A DNA stretch of 64,000 bases. Source: Candidatus Bathyarchaeota archaeon. Lineage in GTDB: Archaea; Thermoproteota; Bathyarchaeia; Bathyarchaeales; DTEX01. Both the position numbers and the translations under genes were made by a program. Position 1 is the first letter of the stretch. Every line of letters begins with the position of its first letter. The notes beneath the pieces are model-generated. The model made no database searches, had not been told where the DNA came from, and was given only the letters and a program-made list of their open reading frames with translations. The stretch covers positions 6,742-70,741 of the forward strand of contig JAGTRI010000003.1 of the NCBI GenBank assembly GCA_018397065.1, in the 5' to 3' direction. Of this stretch, positions 10,291 through 19,118 are shown piece by piece.

Positions 10291-11265
10291 ATGAGTATAT
10301 GGATTTTTACTCACGGAGACGGCGATGGGTTATGCGCTGGCGCTTTAGCTCTTGCCGCGAACCCTGGCGCCCAAGTTTTCTTCACTCACCCTTATGGTCT
10401 TCTAGGTGATCTTGAACAAGTGAAAGCCCAAGATAAAGTGATAATATGTGACATCGCGTTGTCCGAAAGCCATCTGCCAAAAATTCTCGACAAATTCAGG
10501 GAGATTGTTCAATCTGGAGAGCTGCTGTATATTGATCATCACCCGTTACCAGAATTATTGTCGAAGTATGAGTTGCCCGGAAGAATTTATCATTCATTAG
10601 GTTCTTCAACGTCTGAGTTGGTTTATTTAGTCTTTCAGGGATGCTTAGATCCTTTGTTAAGCCGTGTTGCCATCTACGGAGCAGTATCGGATTATTTAGA
10701 CAACACGCCCCTTATAGGTCAACTATTAAAGAAATGGGACAAACGCACAGTATACCTTGAAACAGGCATCCTTGTACAAGGCTTACAGGAAATGAAAAGA
10801 GAACACAATTTTAAGAGGATCATAATTTCAAACCTGGCAAATAACGTCCCCCCAAGTTTCCACAGCATGCTTGTTGACCTTGCTATACAAAGCACTCATA
10901 GAGAGGAAGTTGTTTTTCGAGAACTTAAAGAACATATCCAAACACACGGAGAAATAGCAGATGCTCTTAACGTTCCCTTCTCGTTGGGGAAAACCGCCAT
11001 ATATACCATGGCTTTGGCTGGAGCCATCATTGGAATAGCTGGCGAGAAACGTGGAAACTTTATAGACATGAGCATAAGAACCAGCGAAAAGAATTTGGAT
11101 TTAAACAGGCTGCTGAGACATGTAGCACCAAAATACGGCGGAAGCGGAGGTGGACATCCGGCAGCTGCAGGCGCCAGAATCCCAGAAGGGTCATTCTCCG
11201 ATTTCATCAAAAATCTGGATGAAGCAGTAAGGAATCTACGGAAAATAGAAAAAGATGCTGAGTAA
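10291..11265 (+). CDS. DHH/DHHA1 family phosphoesterase (NrnA-like size)
   Basis: HGDGDGLCAG (motif I), DHHP (motif III), GGGHPAAAG (DHHA1 motif). 324 aa. Confidence 0.8.
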   Translation: MSIWIFTHGDGDGLCAGALALAANPGAQVFFTHPYGLLGDLEQVKAQDKVIICDIALSESHLPKILDKFREIVQSGELLYIDHHPLPELLSKYELPGRIYHSLGSSTSELVYLVFQGCLDPLLSRVAIYGAVSDYLDNTPLIGQLLKKWDKRTVYLETGILVQGLQEMKREHNFKRIIISNLANNVPPSFHSMLVDLAIQSTHREEVVFRELKEHIQTHGEIADALNVPFSLGKTAIYTMALAGAIIGIAGEKRGNFIDMSIRTSEKNLDLNRLLRHVAPKYGGSGGGHPAAAGARIPEGSFSDFIKNLDEAVRNLRKIEKDAE

Positions 11266-11279
11266 AACGGCATAGTAAA

Positions 11280-11948
11280 ATGATGGAGTCGCGTAAGATG
11301 AGGAACGGAAAACTGGAAGATAAGGAAAACTTCACTGTTGCTATATTTGGTTCAGCAAGAATACATAAGGGTAGCACCATCTATCAAGAAATCTATAACT
11401 TGGCAAAGATGATCTCTGAAGCTGGAATGGATGTTGTTACAGGAGGTGGCCCTGGACTCATGAACGCTGCCAGCGAGGGACACCGTGCTGGACGCGGAGA
11501 GAAGATGGTCAAATCTATAGGTTTAAGAATCTATCTTCCTTTCGAAGAGAAGGAGGCAAGTCACTTAGACATCAAAAAGGAGTTCAGCCGCTTCTCATCT
11601 CGTCTTGATAGCTTTATGAGCTACGCCAATGTTGTTGTAGTGGCTCCTGGAGGTATAGGGACGCTACTTGAATTTGCCTATACCTGGCAGCTTCTTCAGG
11701 TGAAACACATATCCGATGTTCCAGTGATTATGTTAGGAGAAATGTGGTTCGATTTCGTTAAGTGGATCAAGAAGTGGCCTTTGAAACATGGAATGTTGGA
11801 CACAAAGGATGTTGAGCTTTTGTTCTTTGCCAAAGATATTCACGAAGCGTTCTCAATGATTAAAAGAGCTCATGAATTATATGTGAAAGAGAACGTAATA
11901 AGTATGCCTAAATTACATGAAATGCAAGGCAATGAACAATCTTCATAG
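11280..11948 (+). CDS. LOG/TIGR00730-family Rossmann-fold nucleotide-binding protein
   Basis: GGGPGLMNAASEG and PGGIGTLLEF motifs characteristic of the LOG / lysine-decarboxylase-like family. 222 aa. Confidence 0.8.
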   Translation: MMESRKMRNGKLEDKENFTVAIFGSARIHKGSTIYQEIYNLAKMISEAGMDVVTGGGPGLMNAASEGHRAGRGEKMVKSIGLRIYLPFEEKEASHLDIKKEFSRFSSRLDSFMSYANVVVVAPGGIGTLLEFAYTWQLLQVKHISDVPVIMLGEMWFDFVKWIKKWPLKHGMLDTKDVELLFFAKDIHEAFSMIKRAHELYVKENVISMPKLHEMQGNEQSS

Positions 11949-12226
11949 TTTAAAGGCGCTAAGGTCTTTCTGAGATTTGAATTTAGACGTATAGGATTAT
12001 TCTTAACCTATTAGCTTAAGGCTTATGACCGTTAAGACTGAAAACAGGAAAACTTTGTTTGGAAAACTTTTGGGTAAACCACTATTACAGGAATTTATCG
12101 TTTAAAGGATACAACATTATTTTTTTAGGCATCATTTTTAGGATAAGCATATATATTTTGTGCGAGTCAAGGTGGTTTAATCATATTTGACCTAAAGATG
12201 CCCTTTAATTTGTTGGAGATCTGCTG

Positions 12227-12964
12227 TTGATGAAGCCTATAGACGTGGTGATACTTACTAAAAACAGCGAGCGTATATTAAGGGAATGCATTGACGCTGT
12301 CTACAAATATGTGCCTGTTAACCGCCTTATCGTCGTCGATGGCTATTCAACGGACAAAACCTTAGAGATAGTGAACGAGTTTCAGGAAAAATACGGAAAC
12401 GTCGTTTTTACGCAAGACCGAGGAACACGAGCAGAAGCGAGGCAAAAGGCCATAGAGATGATAGAAACTGACTGGTTCATGTTTGTCGACAGCGACATTA
12501 TTTTGTCCAAAGACTGGTTTGCCAAGGCTGAAAAACTCATAAAAGACGACGTGGGCGCAGTTTGGGGTATTGAAATTTGGTCTGTTCTGCTGAAAACGAG
12601 GATTCTTGACCTTTTTCTTAGATTAACATTGAAAATATTTCATAGGAGAGGTGGAACCCACGATCTGCTTGTCAGACGTAAAGCCGTCGAGGGTATAAAG
12701 ATACCCTATTACTTGCATACGTATGAGGACGCATACATAAGGTCTTGGATAATCAAACAAGGCTATAAGGTGTTAGGGGTTTATGACCCTTACTGCATCC
12801 ATTACAGACCAAAAGTTGTGTGGACCTTAAGCAAAAGCGTCGAATTCATGGTAAGCGACATTAAATACGCCATTCGCAATCCCCCACTCATCCTTTCATA
12901 CGGAGCCTACGCTATCATTGTTGGTCACCAAATTCTTGTCCACAAATTCAAAACGGAAAATTGA
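12227..12964 (+). CDS. Family 2 glycosyltransferase
   Basis: VVILTKNSERIL...VVDGYSTDKT...FVDSDIIL (DxD) pattern of GT-A/GT2 enzymes. ATG at 12230 is a likely start. Confidence 0.8.
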   Translation: MMKPIDVVILTKNSERILRECIDAVYKYVPVNRLIVVDGYSTDKTLEIVNEFQEKYGNVVFTQDRGTRAEARQKAIEMIETDWFMFVDSDIILSKDWFAKAEKLIKDDVGAVWGIEIWSVLLKTRILDLFLRLTLKIFHRRGGTHDLLVRRKAVEGIKIPYYLHTYEDAYIRSWIIKQGYKVLGVYDPYCIHYRPKVVWTLSKSVEFMVSDIKYAIRNPPLILSYGAYAIIVGHQILVHKFKTEN

Positions 12965-12977
12965 CTGAATAACTAAG

Positions 12978-13538
12978 TCAATGAGACGTGTTTCTCGATT
13001 TTAGAACAAAGAAGCCTGTCGTCGCTTGGCATCCTGAACAAATAAAGAATAGAGGTTCAAACCCGAGTGTGCTAACTATAGCAACGGACAGTAACGCGGC
13101 AACAGCTCCCGCAATATCGTAAGCAGACTCAAAAATGCCAAAAAATAAGCCTCTTTTGCCTTTTTCGCTTATGTCAACCATCAAAAGTAGACGGGCTGGA
13201 CTTTGAAGACCATAGGCTACTCCAAAGAAGAACTCAATTATGTACAGCTGCATTAAATCAAAGGCGAAGACATATGAAAGCGAACATACGGCACCAGCCA
13301 TGACGCCTGCGAAGAAAATCTTCTCTTTCCCATAAAGGTCAACAAGTCTCCCAGCAGGCGTCTTGAAAATTGCTGCAGTCAAACTGAAAACCGCAGCAAG
13401 TAAACCAACGTCTACAATGGATGCCGAGAAACGATTAACAACAAATATGGGGTAAACAGGACCTAGCAAGCCGACTCCTAAAGAGCTGAGAGTACCCAAC
13501 GTAATTATAAGCGGAATCTCTGCTCTTTGCATACACAC
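12978..13538 (-). CDS. MFS-type transporter, N-terminal six-helix half only (possible truncated gene)
   Basis: Hydrophobic repeats plus GRLVDLYGKEKIF (MFS loop 2-3 motif-like). Only 186 aa, and it ends 14 nt from the convergent GT2 stop. GGAGG 8 nt before the ATG at 13532. Confidence 0.55.
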   Translation of the reverse strand: MCMQRAEIPLIITLGTLSSLGVGLLGPVYPIFVVNRFSASIVDVGLLAAVFSLTAAIFKTPAGRLVDLYGKEKIFFAGVMAGAVCSLSYVFAFDLMQLYIIEFFFGVAYGLQSPARLLLMVDISEKGKRGLFFGIFESAYDIAGAVAALLSVAIVSTLGFEPLFFICSGCQATTGFFVLKSRNTSH

Positions 13539-13847
13539 CGCCTCCGATCAGTAGGGACGAAGTGCGTATGCCCCTCAAGTCACACAGTGACGACATTCTG
13601 AAGTCGGCTCACTTCCACAGTCAAAAAATACATTATAAACTAGGCAAAAGATAAAGTTTCCGAGAACGCTTAACCTCTTTCTGTATAATTGACCCCTTAC
13701 CATTTCTGGAATATTAAAGCAATAAGATATATTTCTCATGATTCTGGAGTAGCCTTCTATCGTAGAATCTCTGAATCATTTACCTCTCAAAAAATAAAAA
13801 ATAACATTCTCTGGCAAATTCCGATACTGCAATGAACGTTCTTTAAG

Positions 13848-13930
13848 TGCGGGGGACGGGGTTCGAACCCGCGCAGGCCTTCGCCAGCAGGTCCTAAGCC
13901 TGCCTCCTTTGACCACTCGGACACCCCCGC
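13848..13930 (-). tRNA. tRNA-Leu(UAG), class II, no encoded CCA
   Basis: Reverse complement GCGGGGGTGTCCGAGTGGTCAAAGGAGGCAGGCTTAGGACCTGC...GCGGGTTCGAACCCCGTCCCCCGC. 7-bp acceptor stem, anticodon loop CTTAGGA, long variable arm, T-loop TTCGAAC. Confidence 0.9.
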
Positions 13931-14001
13931 TTGGGCGTTGTCTTATCTGAATACCCTGGTTCTCCTTTTTATTTTTTCTGATATCTTGAGGATTTAGGTG
14001 T

Positions 14002-15381
14002 TCAGCCTTCATTATGTCTTTTGTAGATTAGAGTGGCTGAGCATGCTACTAGCAATGTCATGATAATTAATAATATCAATCTGGTGTAGTCTTTTCGCCA
14101 TACTGCCCTTATTTGTCTTGGTCCGTCAACATAGATTCGGACTGTCTTCTCGTCTATTATAATGTCTGCTGGTCCTAGTCCTTCAAAATGGTCGAAGACA
14201 TCTCGAATTATGAGCCCAAATGCTGTGCTGTTCACTCCTACTACTGTGTATGTTCCTTCGTCATACCATCCTGACCCGTAAGTTTCGTCGAGTTCAGAAT
14301 TAACTAAAATATAATGCTTCATGACCTGAGGGACTAAGGCGTTTAAAAGATCTGTTCTCCACGCCTCGTTTCTCGGGTCGTAGGCTCCAAATCCGGCGCA
14401 AAACTCCCAGTAGCACCAGCTGATACCTCTTTTTTCTGCCTCTCTTGCGACGAAGTAGGTCCACGTGACTCTTGAGTTCATGTCTGCTTTGCTGTATGCC
14501 CCGAATTCCCCTAGGAACAGGGTTATGTTGCCGTGCTGCCTAGCCCATTGAACAGCGATGTCTAGCTCGTTTGTGATTTGTTTCTGTTCAGATTCGTCTC
14601 CAACCCATTTTTTGCCTACGGGTGGCGATGGACTCACCCATTCTGCTCCTTGGTGTGTAAAATCGAAGGGAGTGTAAAAATGAAATGTCACTATAATATT
14701 TTTGTCTTCAGCTGGTATTGTTAACCCGTCAAGGTTGTAGACACTGTTCCAGCCAGTTGGTCCAACAATTATCTTTCTCGTGGGATTAGTTTCTCTTATG
14801 ATTTTCACGGCTTCTTCAATTAAATCATTCCACAAATCGTCCGACAAATTGCCATGAGGCTCATTAAGCAGCTCGAAAAATAAAAGTTCAGGATAATCTT
14901 TAAAATATTCAGAAATTTGATGCTAAATTTCCAAGAACCGATCTTTGTGTTCATTGGGATTCTGCATTATTTCCTCGTAGTGGTGGATGTTGATTATAGT
15001 TACAAGATTTTGCTCTAAAGACTTCTTCACGACCCACCTAACTCTTTGTAGAAAAATTTCATCAATCCTGTAAGTAGACGAGGCTTCAGCATGGCTTGAC
15101 CATCTTATGGGAATTCTTACGGTGTCAAAACCTGCATCTTTGATAATTCTGAAATACTCGTCTTTAATGTAGACCCCCCATTCACCTTCGTTAGGAGCTT
15201 CCAAAGCGTTTCCGATGTTAATTCCTCTTCGCATCAACGGTTCCGAACTTTCTTCACCGAGACTAATGTGAAAAGACAATCCTTGGATTTCACAACCGGC
15301 AAATACTGACCCCACGAAACAAACAAGTAACAAAACCAAATTCAACGAAATAATAAACAAAGAAAAACTTCTTCTGATCAT
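14002..15381 (-). pseudogene. Glycoside hydrolase family 5 (cellulase-like) gene interrupted by one in-frame TAG
   Basis: The two track ORFs (14923-15381, 14002-14847) are in the same frame. Read-through gives ...KDRFLEI*HQISEYFKDYPELLFFELLNEPHGNL... with the GH5 NEP acid/base motif and later GEFG nucleophile motif. N-terminal signal peptide and C-terminal TM helix. Confidence 0.8.
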
Positions 15382-15495
15382 AATAGTAAGTTTCTCTCTA
15401 ATTGACTTAAAAATTTCGTCATCGATTTTCTAAACTCTTATGGACACATCGCCTTTCAAAGAAACAAACATAAGACTTTACAAAAAGAAGATGCT

Positions 15496-15741
15496 GTGAC
15501 TTACATTAACAGTTTCCTTTTTGTTGGAAAAACTTGGCTTTTTTGTCCATTTTTGGAAAAATCTTCCTTTTCCGTTAGATTAGGCTTATATACCATTTTT
15601 GAGGAACTGTGTTCTCGAACAAAAATTCAGAGGATGATTAAGATGGCAAAAAGAGTTGATGAAGTAGAATTCAACGAACAAATGTTTGCATCTTTAATAA
15701 AGAAACTCATTACAGAAAAAAGAAAGGTCAGACAATATTAA
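15496..15741 (+). CDS. Hypothetical small protein (likely shorter, start near 15643)
   Basis: Only the C-terminal part (MAKRVDEVEFNEQMFASLIKKLITEKRKVRQY) is preceded by GAGG. No family recognised. Confidence 0.25.
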   Translation: MTYINSFLFVGKTWLFCPFLEKSSFSVRLGLYTIFEELCSRTKIQRMIKMAKRVDEVEFNEQMFASLIKKLITEKRKVRQY

Positions 15742-15748
15742 TGAATCT

Positions 15749-16012
15749 TTGGAGGCGTCCGAAGTGGAAAGAAGAGACCATTTAATGATTATAGCTGAGA
15801 TACTTCGAATAGCTAGGAAAGGGGTAAAAAAGACCCATCTAGTCTATAAGGCTAACTTGAACCACGCTCTTCTTGAAAAATACCTCGTAAAATTAGAAAA
15901 ACAAGGACTGATCTCAAGAAGCAATGAATCTGAACGGAAAATTCAAACAACAGAACGCGGCAAACAGTTCATTGAAAAATATCTTAATCTTCAGACGGTT
16001 TTACCTTTTTGA
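15749..16012 (+). CDS. Small winged-helix DNA-binding protein
   Basis: RRDHLMIIAEILRIARKGVKKTHLVYKANLNHALLEKYLVKLEKQGLI matches the pattern of small archaeal wHTH regulators. The start could be the GTG at 15764. Confidence 0.6.
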   Translation: MEASEVERRDHLMIIAEILRIARKGVKKTHLVYKANLNHALLEKYLVKLEKQGLISRSNESERKIQTTERGKQFIEKYLNLQTVLPF

Positions 16013-16112
16013 CCTTACACTTATAATATAAAAATTTTTACAGAATATTATTAGGCTCACCTCTCCGCAGATTAAAAAATACGAGAGAGATTAGTTGTTA
16101 AAATTTTTGTTT

Positions 16113-16376
16113 TTATAGTCGACTGTGTAATTCAAGCGCTCTTCTCGCAATTTTTTGCATAAGAATTGAAGGATGGCTAGCATATTTTTCGTGAATCCAA
16201 GCTAAGGCTTCCTTGCATTTTTTCTTGTATAAATCGTCCAGTAACAGGCGTGCCTTCGACTGATTGTAGGGAAGCGGATTTTTAAGAGCTGAGATAACAG
16301 AGTCCAAAACATGGGCGCAATCCTCACTCATTTTTGGGAGAACTTCCTCTTCATTAGGCATGATTATCCACCCCAT
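16113..16376 (-). CDS. Hypothetical protein
   Basis: 87-aa ORF, helical, no recognisable motif. Confidence 0.35.
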   Translation of the reverse strand: MGWIIMPNEEEVLPKMSEDCAHVLDSVISALKNPLPYNQSKARLLLDDLYKKKCKEALAWIHEKYASHPSILMQKIARRALELHSRL

Positions 16377-16525
16377 TAACCTAATTTTATTATGTTGGGC
16401 TTTAAAGATTTCGATGAAAATTAAATTGCAGATTGTTAACTAGGTTTATGTCTTTTAACGTATCTAAAAATGGTAAATCATTTAAGCAGATTTGTCTTAT
16501 AAACAGAAAACAGAGGGTTGATGTT

Positions 16526-16786
16526 ATGTCTGAGAGATCGTTAAAAGAGGTGGGCAAGGTTACTCACTACTTCACGAACATTAGCGTGGCTGTAATAGAA
16601 CTAATCGGACCACTCGCAGTTGGTGACAGAATCCTGTTTCAGGGAGCAACAACCAATTTCGAGCAGCCAGTGTCTTCGATGCAGATTGAACACAAAAACA
16701 TAACAGAAGCAAAGGCTGGTCAAAGCATAGGTTTAAAAGTGGTAAACAGAGTTAGAGAAGGCGATACAGTATACAAGGTAACATAA
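16526..16786 (+). CDS. Small beta-barrel protein resembling translation-factor domain 2
   Basis: GKVTHYFTNISVAVIELIGPLAVGDRILFQG...EAKAGQSIGLKVVNRVREGDTVYKV resembles EF-Tu domain-2-like barrels. ATG at 16526 lies 8 nt after GAGGG (the track ORF starts earlier, at 16433). Confidence 0.5.
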   Translation: MSERSLKEVGKVTHYFTNISVAVIELIGPLAVGDRILFQGATTNFEQPVSSMQIEHKNITEAKAGQSIGLKVVNRVREGDTVYKVT

Positions 16787-16966
16787 ATCTACATTTATTG
16801 GTGCACGCCATTCGAAAACGTCAACGAATTGAATCATTGAAAATTGATGCTTACCCCTAAATAACTCGCATAGTTTGAGTTATCACGCTTCAAACCATTG
16901 AAAGAACTCAAAAACTATCTTTTCAATAATGTAAAATTTGCTTACACATCTTAGGGTGACTGGTTA

Positions 16967-17305
16967 ATGAGTGAAAACGGAATCTGCAAGATTACTGTGA
17001 AGACGAGGTATTTTGGGAAACTACGTGAATTATTAGGCGTAAAAAATGAAACGTACGTGATTGAAAAAGGAGCCGCTGTCGCGGATTTGCTTCAAATCTA
17101 TATACCTAACAAGCACTTAAACGTCTCGAAAATTTGGAGAGAAACCCTTTTTAGAACATTAAAGGGCGAATACCTTCAAGAAAAAAACGGAACGCCTGTT
17201 TTGAAAAACTATTTAGTAATAGTCAACGGTAAATCGGCACAATTGAAAGACTGTTTAAGAGAAGGCGATGAAATAGCCATCATGCCTCCATTTGGCGGCG
17301 GATAA
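16967..17305 (+). CDS. MoaD/ThiS-type ubiquitin-like beta-grasp protein (SAMP-like), C-terminal GG
   Basis: 112 aa ending ...GDEIAIMPPFGGG. Immediately upstream of the MoaE and E1-like genes. Confidence 0.75.
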   Translation: MSENGICKITVKTRYFGKLRELLGVKNETYVIEKGAAVADLLQIYIPNKHLNVSKIWRETLFRTLKGEYLQEKNGTPVLKNYLVIVNGKSAQLKDCLREGDEIAIMPPFGGG

Positions 17306-17337
17306 CCAAAAAGATTAGCTAAACATTGGTGAAGAAA

Positions 17338-17754
17338 ATGAAAATCGGCATTAAACAAAAACTCGACCATCTAGGTTCCCTTATTGAAGAATTGAGAAAA
17401 TCATCTACTGAAATAGGCGCCATTACAATATTCGTAGGCGTCGTTCGTGGAACACGGGGAAATGAAAAAGTTGTTAGACTCGAATACGAAGCGCACGAAT
17501 CTTTGGCATCCGAGACAATAGAAAAAATCATTAACGAACAAAAAACCAAATATGGCATAATAGACGCCGTTGTGGAACACAGAACGGGCTCAGTTACGGT
17601 CGGCGAAGACATAATGTACGTTCTTGTTGCCTCTAAGCATCGAAGGGAGGGACACCTTGCACTTTCAGAAATTGTTGAACGAATCAAATTCGAGGTTCCA
17701 ATCTGGAAAAAGGAAATAACGGAAAAAGACGGTTATTGGGTGGAAAACGTTTAG
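17338..17754 (+). CDS. moaE: Molybdopterin synthase catalytic subunit MoaE
   Basis: GAITIFVGVVRG...LEYEAH...VPIWKKE pattern of MoaE. ATG at 17338 lies 5 nt after GGTGA (the track ORF starts at TTG 17326). Confidence 0.8.
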   Translation: MKIGIKQKLDHLGSLIEELRKSSTEIGAITIFVGVVRGTRGNEKVVRLEYEAHESLASETIEKIINEQKTKYGIIDAVVEHRTGSVTVGEDIMYVLVASKHRREGHLALSEIVERIKFEVPIWKKEITEKDGYWVENV

Positions 17755-17864
17755 CTTCACCGTCAACAGTTACCTAATAACGGCTATCCTTGCAGAGATT
17801 AATAATCCTAGAAAATGATAATTCCGTTTAAAGCTGAACTTATTAATGGAGGAACAACCCGTAA

Positions 17865-18602
17865 ATGAGTCTGTCTCAACAGGAGCTTGAACGTTACAGC
17901 CGCCAAATAATTATGAACGGCTGGGGAACAGAAGGCCAAAGAAAACTGAAAAATTCCGCAGCTGCTGTTGTTGGAGTTGGCGGACTAGGATCTATCTCGT
18001 CAACTTTGTTAGCTGCTGCAGGTGTTGGAAAACTTGTTTTAATAGATCAAGATAAATTATGCCTCAGCGACTTGAACCGCCAAATCCTGTATTCGACCAA
18101 GGACATTGGGCAATTCAAAGTTGAAATCGCCAAAGAAAGGCTTACGGCTCTAAATCCAGAGGTTGAAATATTGGCTGTAAATAAAGAAATTACGGTTGAC
18201 AACGTGTCAAGGGTCATTGGTAAAGTAAACATAGTCGTTGACGGGCTTGACAACTGGAAAACAAGATTCACAGTTAACGATTACTGCGTAAAAAGCCGTA
18301 TTCCGTTCGTCCACGCAGGAGTCTCCCAGTTCTACGGCCAAATAACCACGGTGATGCCTAGCAAGGGACCGTGCCTAAGATGCGTTTTTCCAAAAGAACC
18401 AACCGAAACAAAAGTTAACCCAATCTTCAGTGGAACACCCTCAGCCCTAGCTTCTCTTCAAGTCATGGAAGCCATCAAATGTTTAACAGGAATCGGAAAA
18501 CCGCTGATCGGAAGAATGCTGTTCATAGACGGAGAAGAAATGACAATAGAAACAGCAGAAATCACCAAAAACCAAAATTGCCCAACATGCAGCAAAATTT
18601 AA
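17865..18602 (+). CDS. E1-like ThiF/MoeB/UbaA family adenylyltransferase
   Basis: RYSRQI...GVGGLGS nucleotide-binding motif, DxD...NRQ, and two CxxC pairs (CLRC, CPTC). 245 aa. Confidence 0.85.
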   Translation: MSLSQQELERYSRQIIMNGWGTEGQRKLKNSAAAVVGVGGLGSISSTLLAAAGVGKLVLIDQDKLCLSDLNRQILYSTKDIGQFKVEIAKERLTALNPEVEILAVNKEITVDNVSRVIGKVNIVVDGLDNWKTRFTVNDYCVKSRIPFVHAGVSQFYGQITTVMPSKGPCLRCVFPKEPTETKVNPIFSGTPSALASLQVMEAIKCLTGIGKPLIGRMLFIDGEEMTIETAEITKNQNCPTCSKI

Positions 18603-18622
18603 GATTGCTTGATAATAAATTC

Positions 18623-18714
18623 TGGTGCTCCGGCCGGGATTTGAACCCGGGTTTCCGGCTTTCTTTCTTGTTGTCGAAAGGCCGGAATACTTGACCGGAC
18701 TATACTACCGGAGC
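18623..18714 (-). tRNA. tRNA-Glu(UUC) with 14-nt canonical intron and encoded CCA
   Basis: Reverse complement GCTCCGGTAGTATAGTCCGGTCAAGTATTCCGGCCTTTCG[ACAACAAGAAAGAA]AGCCGGAAACCCGGGTTCAAATCCCGGCCGGAGCACCA. Anticodon loop CTTTCGA after splicing. Confidence 0.85.
18661..18674 (-). other. tRNA-Glu intron (position 37/38, 14 nt)
   Basis: CTTT (positions 32-35) pairs with intron AAAG. 3-nt bulges CG|A and AA|A flank this 4-bp helix (minimal bulge-helix-loop). Confidence 0.7.
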
Positions 18715-18811
18715 TCTGTGTCTTTTTCTTTAACTGCAATAGGGCGTGTTCCTTTTTTAAGGTTTTACTTTTTCTGAAGTCGTTTGTGAAGGCTAGTTAT
18801 TAGTTATTGTT

Positions 18812-19024
18812 TTATGTTTGTCCTGAGAGAAATTGCATTTGCGCGAGTCTGTCCATGACTTCGACTATTTCTCTTTCGATTTCCCGTCTTTTTTCTTTGT
18901 AGGCGTCTTCGTTTAGTTCTCCTTTTTTTCGTCGTTCGTCGAGTTTTTTCAGTTCCTCAACAAGCTTGTCCGCTTGTTTTTGCAGTTCCTTCTTTTTGGC
19001 ATTAACGCCATCAACATCGAACAT
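18812..19024 (-). CDS. Hypothetical small coiled-coil protein
   Basis: 70 aa, highly charged heptad-like sequence (KKKELQKQADKLVEELKKLDERRKKGE...). Confidence 0.35.
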   Translation of the reverse strand: MFDVDGVNAKKKELQKQADKLVEELKKLDERRKKGELNEDAYKEKRREIEREIVEVMDRLAQMQFLSGQT

Positions 19025-19118
19025 TTCTGGTCACGCTTGAATTAACAGAACCATTTATTAAGATTTCCCGAATATTTACTATTTTGAGGCAAGGTCTACG
19101 GCTGAAAGCATCTCCAGA

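Noticed and set aside
13541-13625. Relatively GC-rich stretch with a C-box-like GTGACGA and a CTGA, considered as a box C/D sRNA.
   Set aside because: The boxes are only 4 nt apart and there is no second box pair. The region is better explained as the 5' leader and Shine-Dalgarno (GGAGG) of the MFS gene.
13776-14012. 78-aa track ORF on the minus strand.
   Set aside because: It overlaps tRNA-Leu(UAG) (13848-13930) and has Arg/Gly/Pro-rich low-complexity content typical of translated structured RNA.
14923-14925. In-frame TAG in the GH5 gene as a pyrrolysine codon (the window has corrinoid/methyltransferase-related genes).
   Set aside because: TAG is used as an ordinary stop in this window (for example the SDR gene, 1358-1360). 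No pyl genes are visible. The position corresponds to a conserved Trp, one transition away (TGG to TAG). A nonsense mutation or sequencing error is simpler.
18479-18694. 71-aa track ORF on the plus strand.
   Set aside because: It starts inside the E1-like gene in another frame and runs antisense through tRNA-Glu. Its basic low-complexity sequence suggests an artefact.
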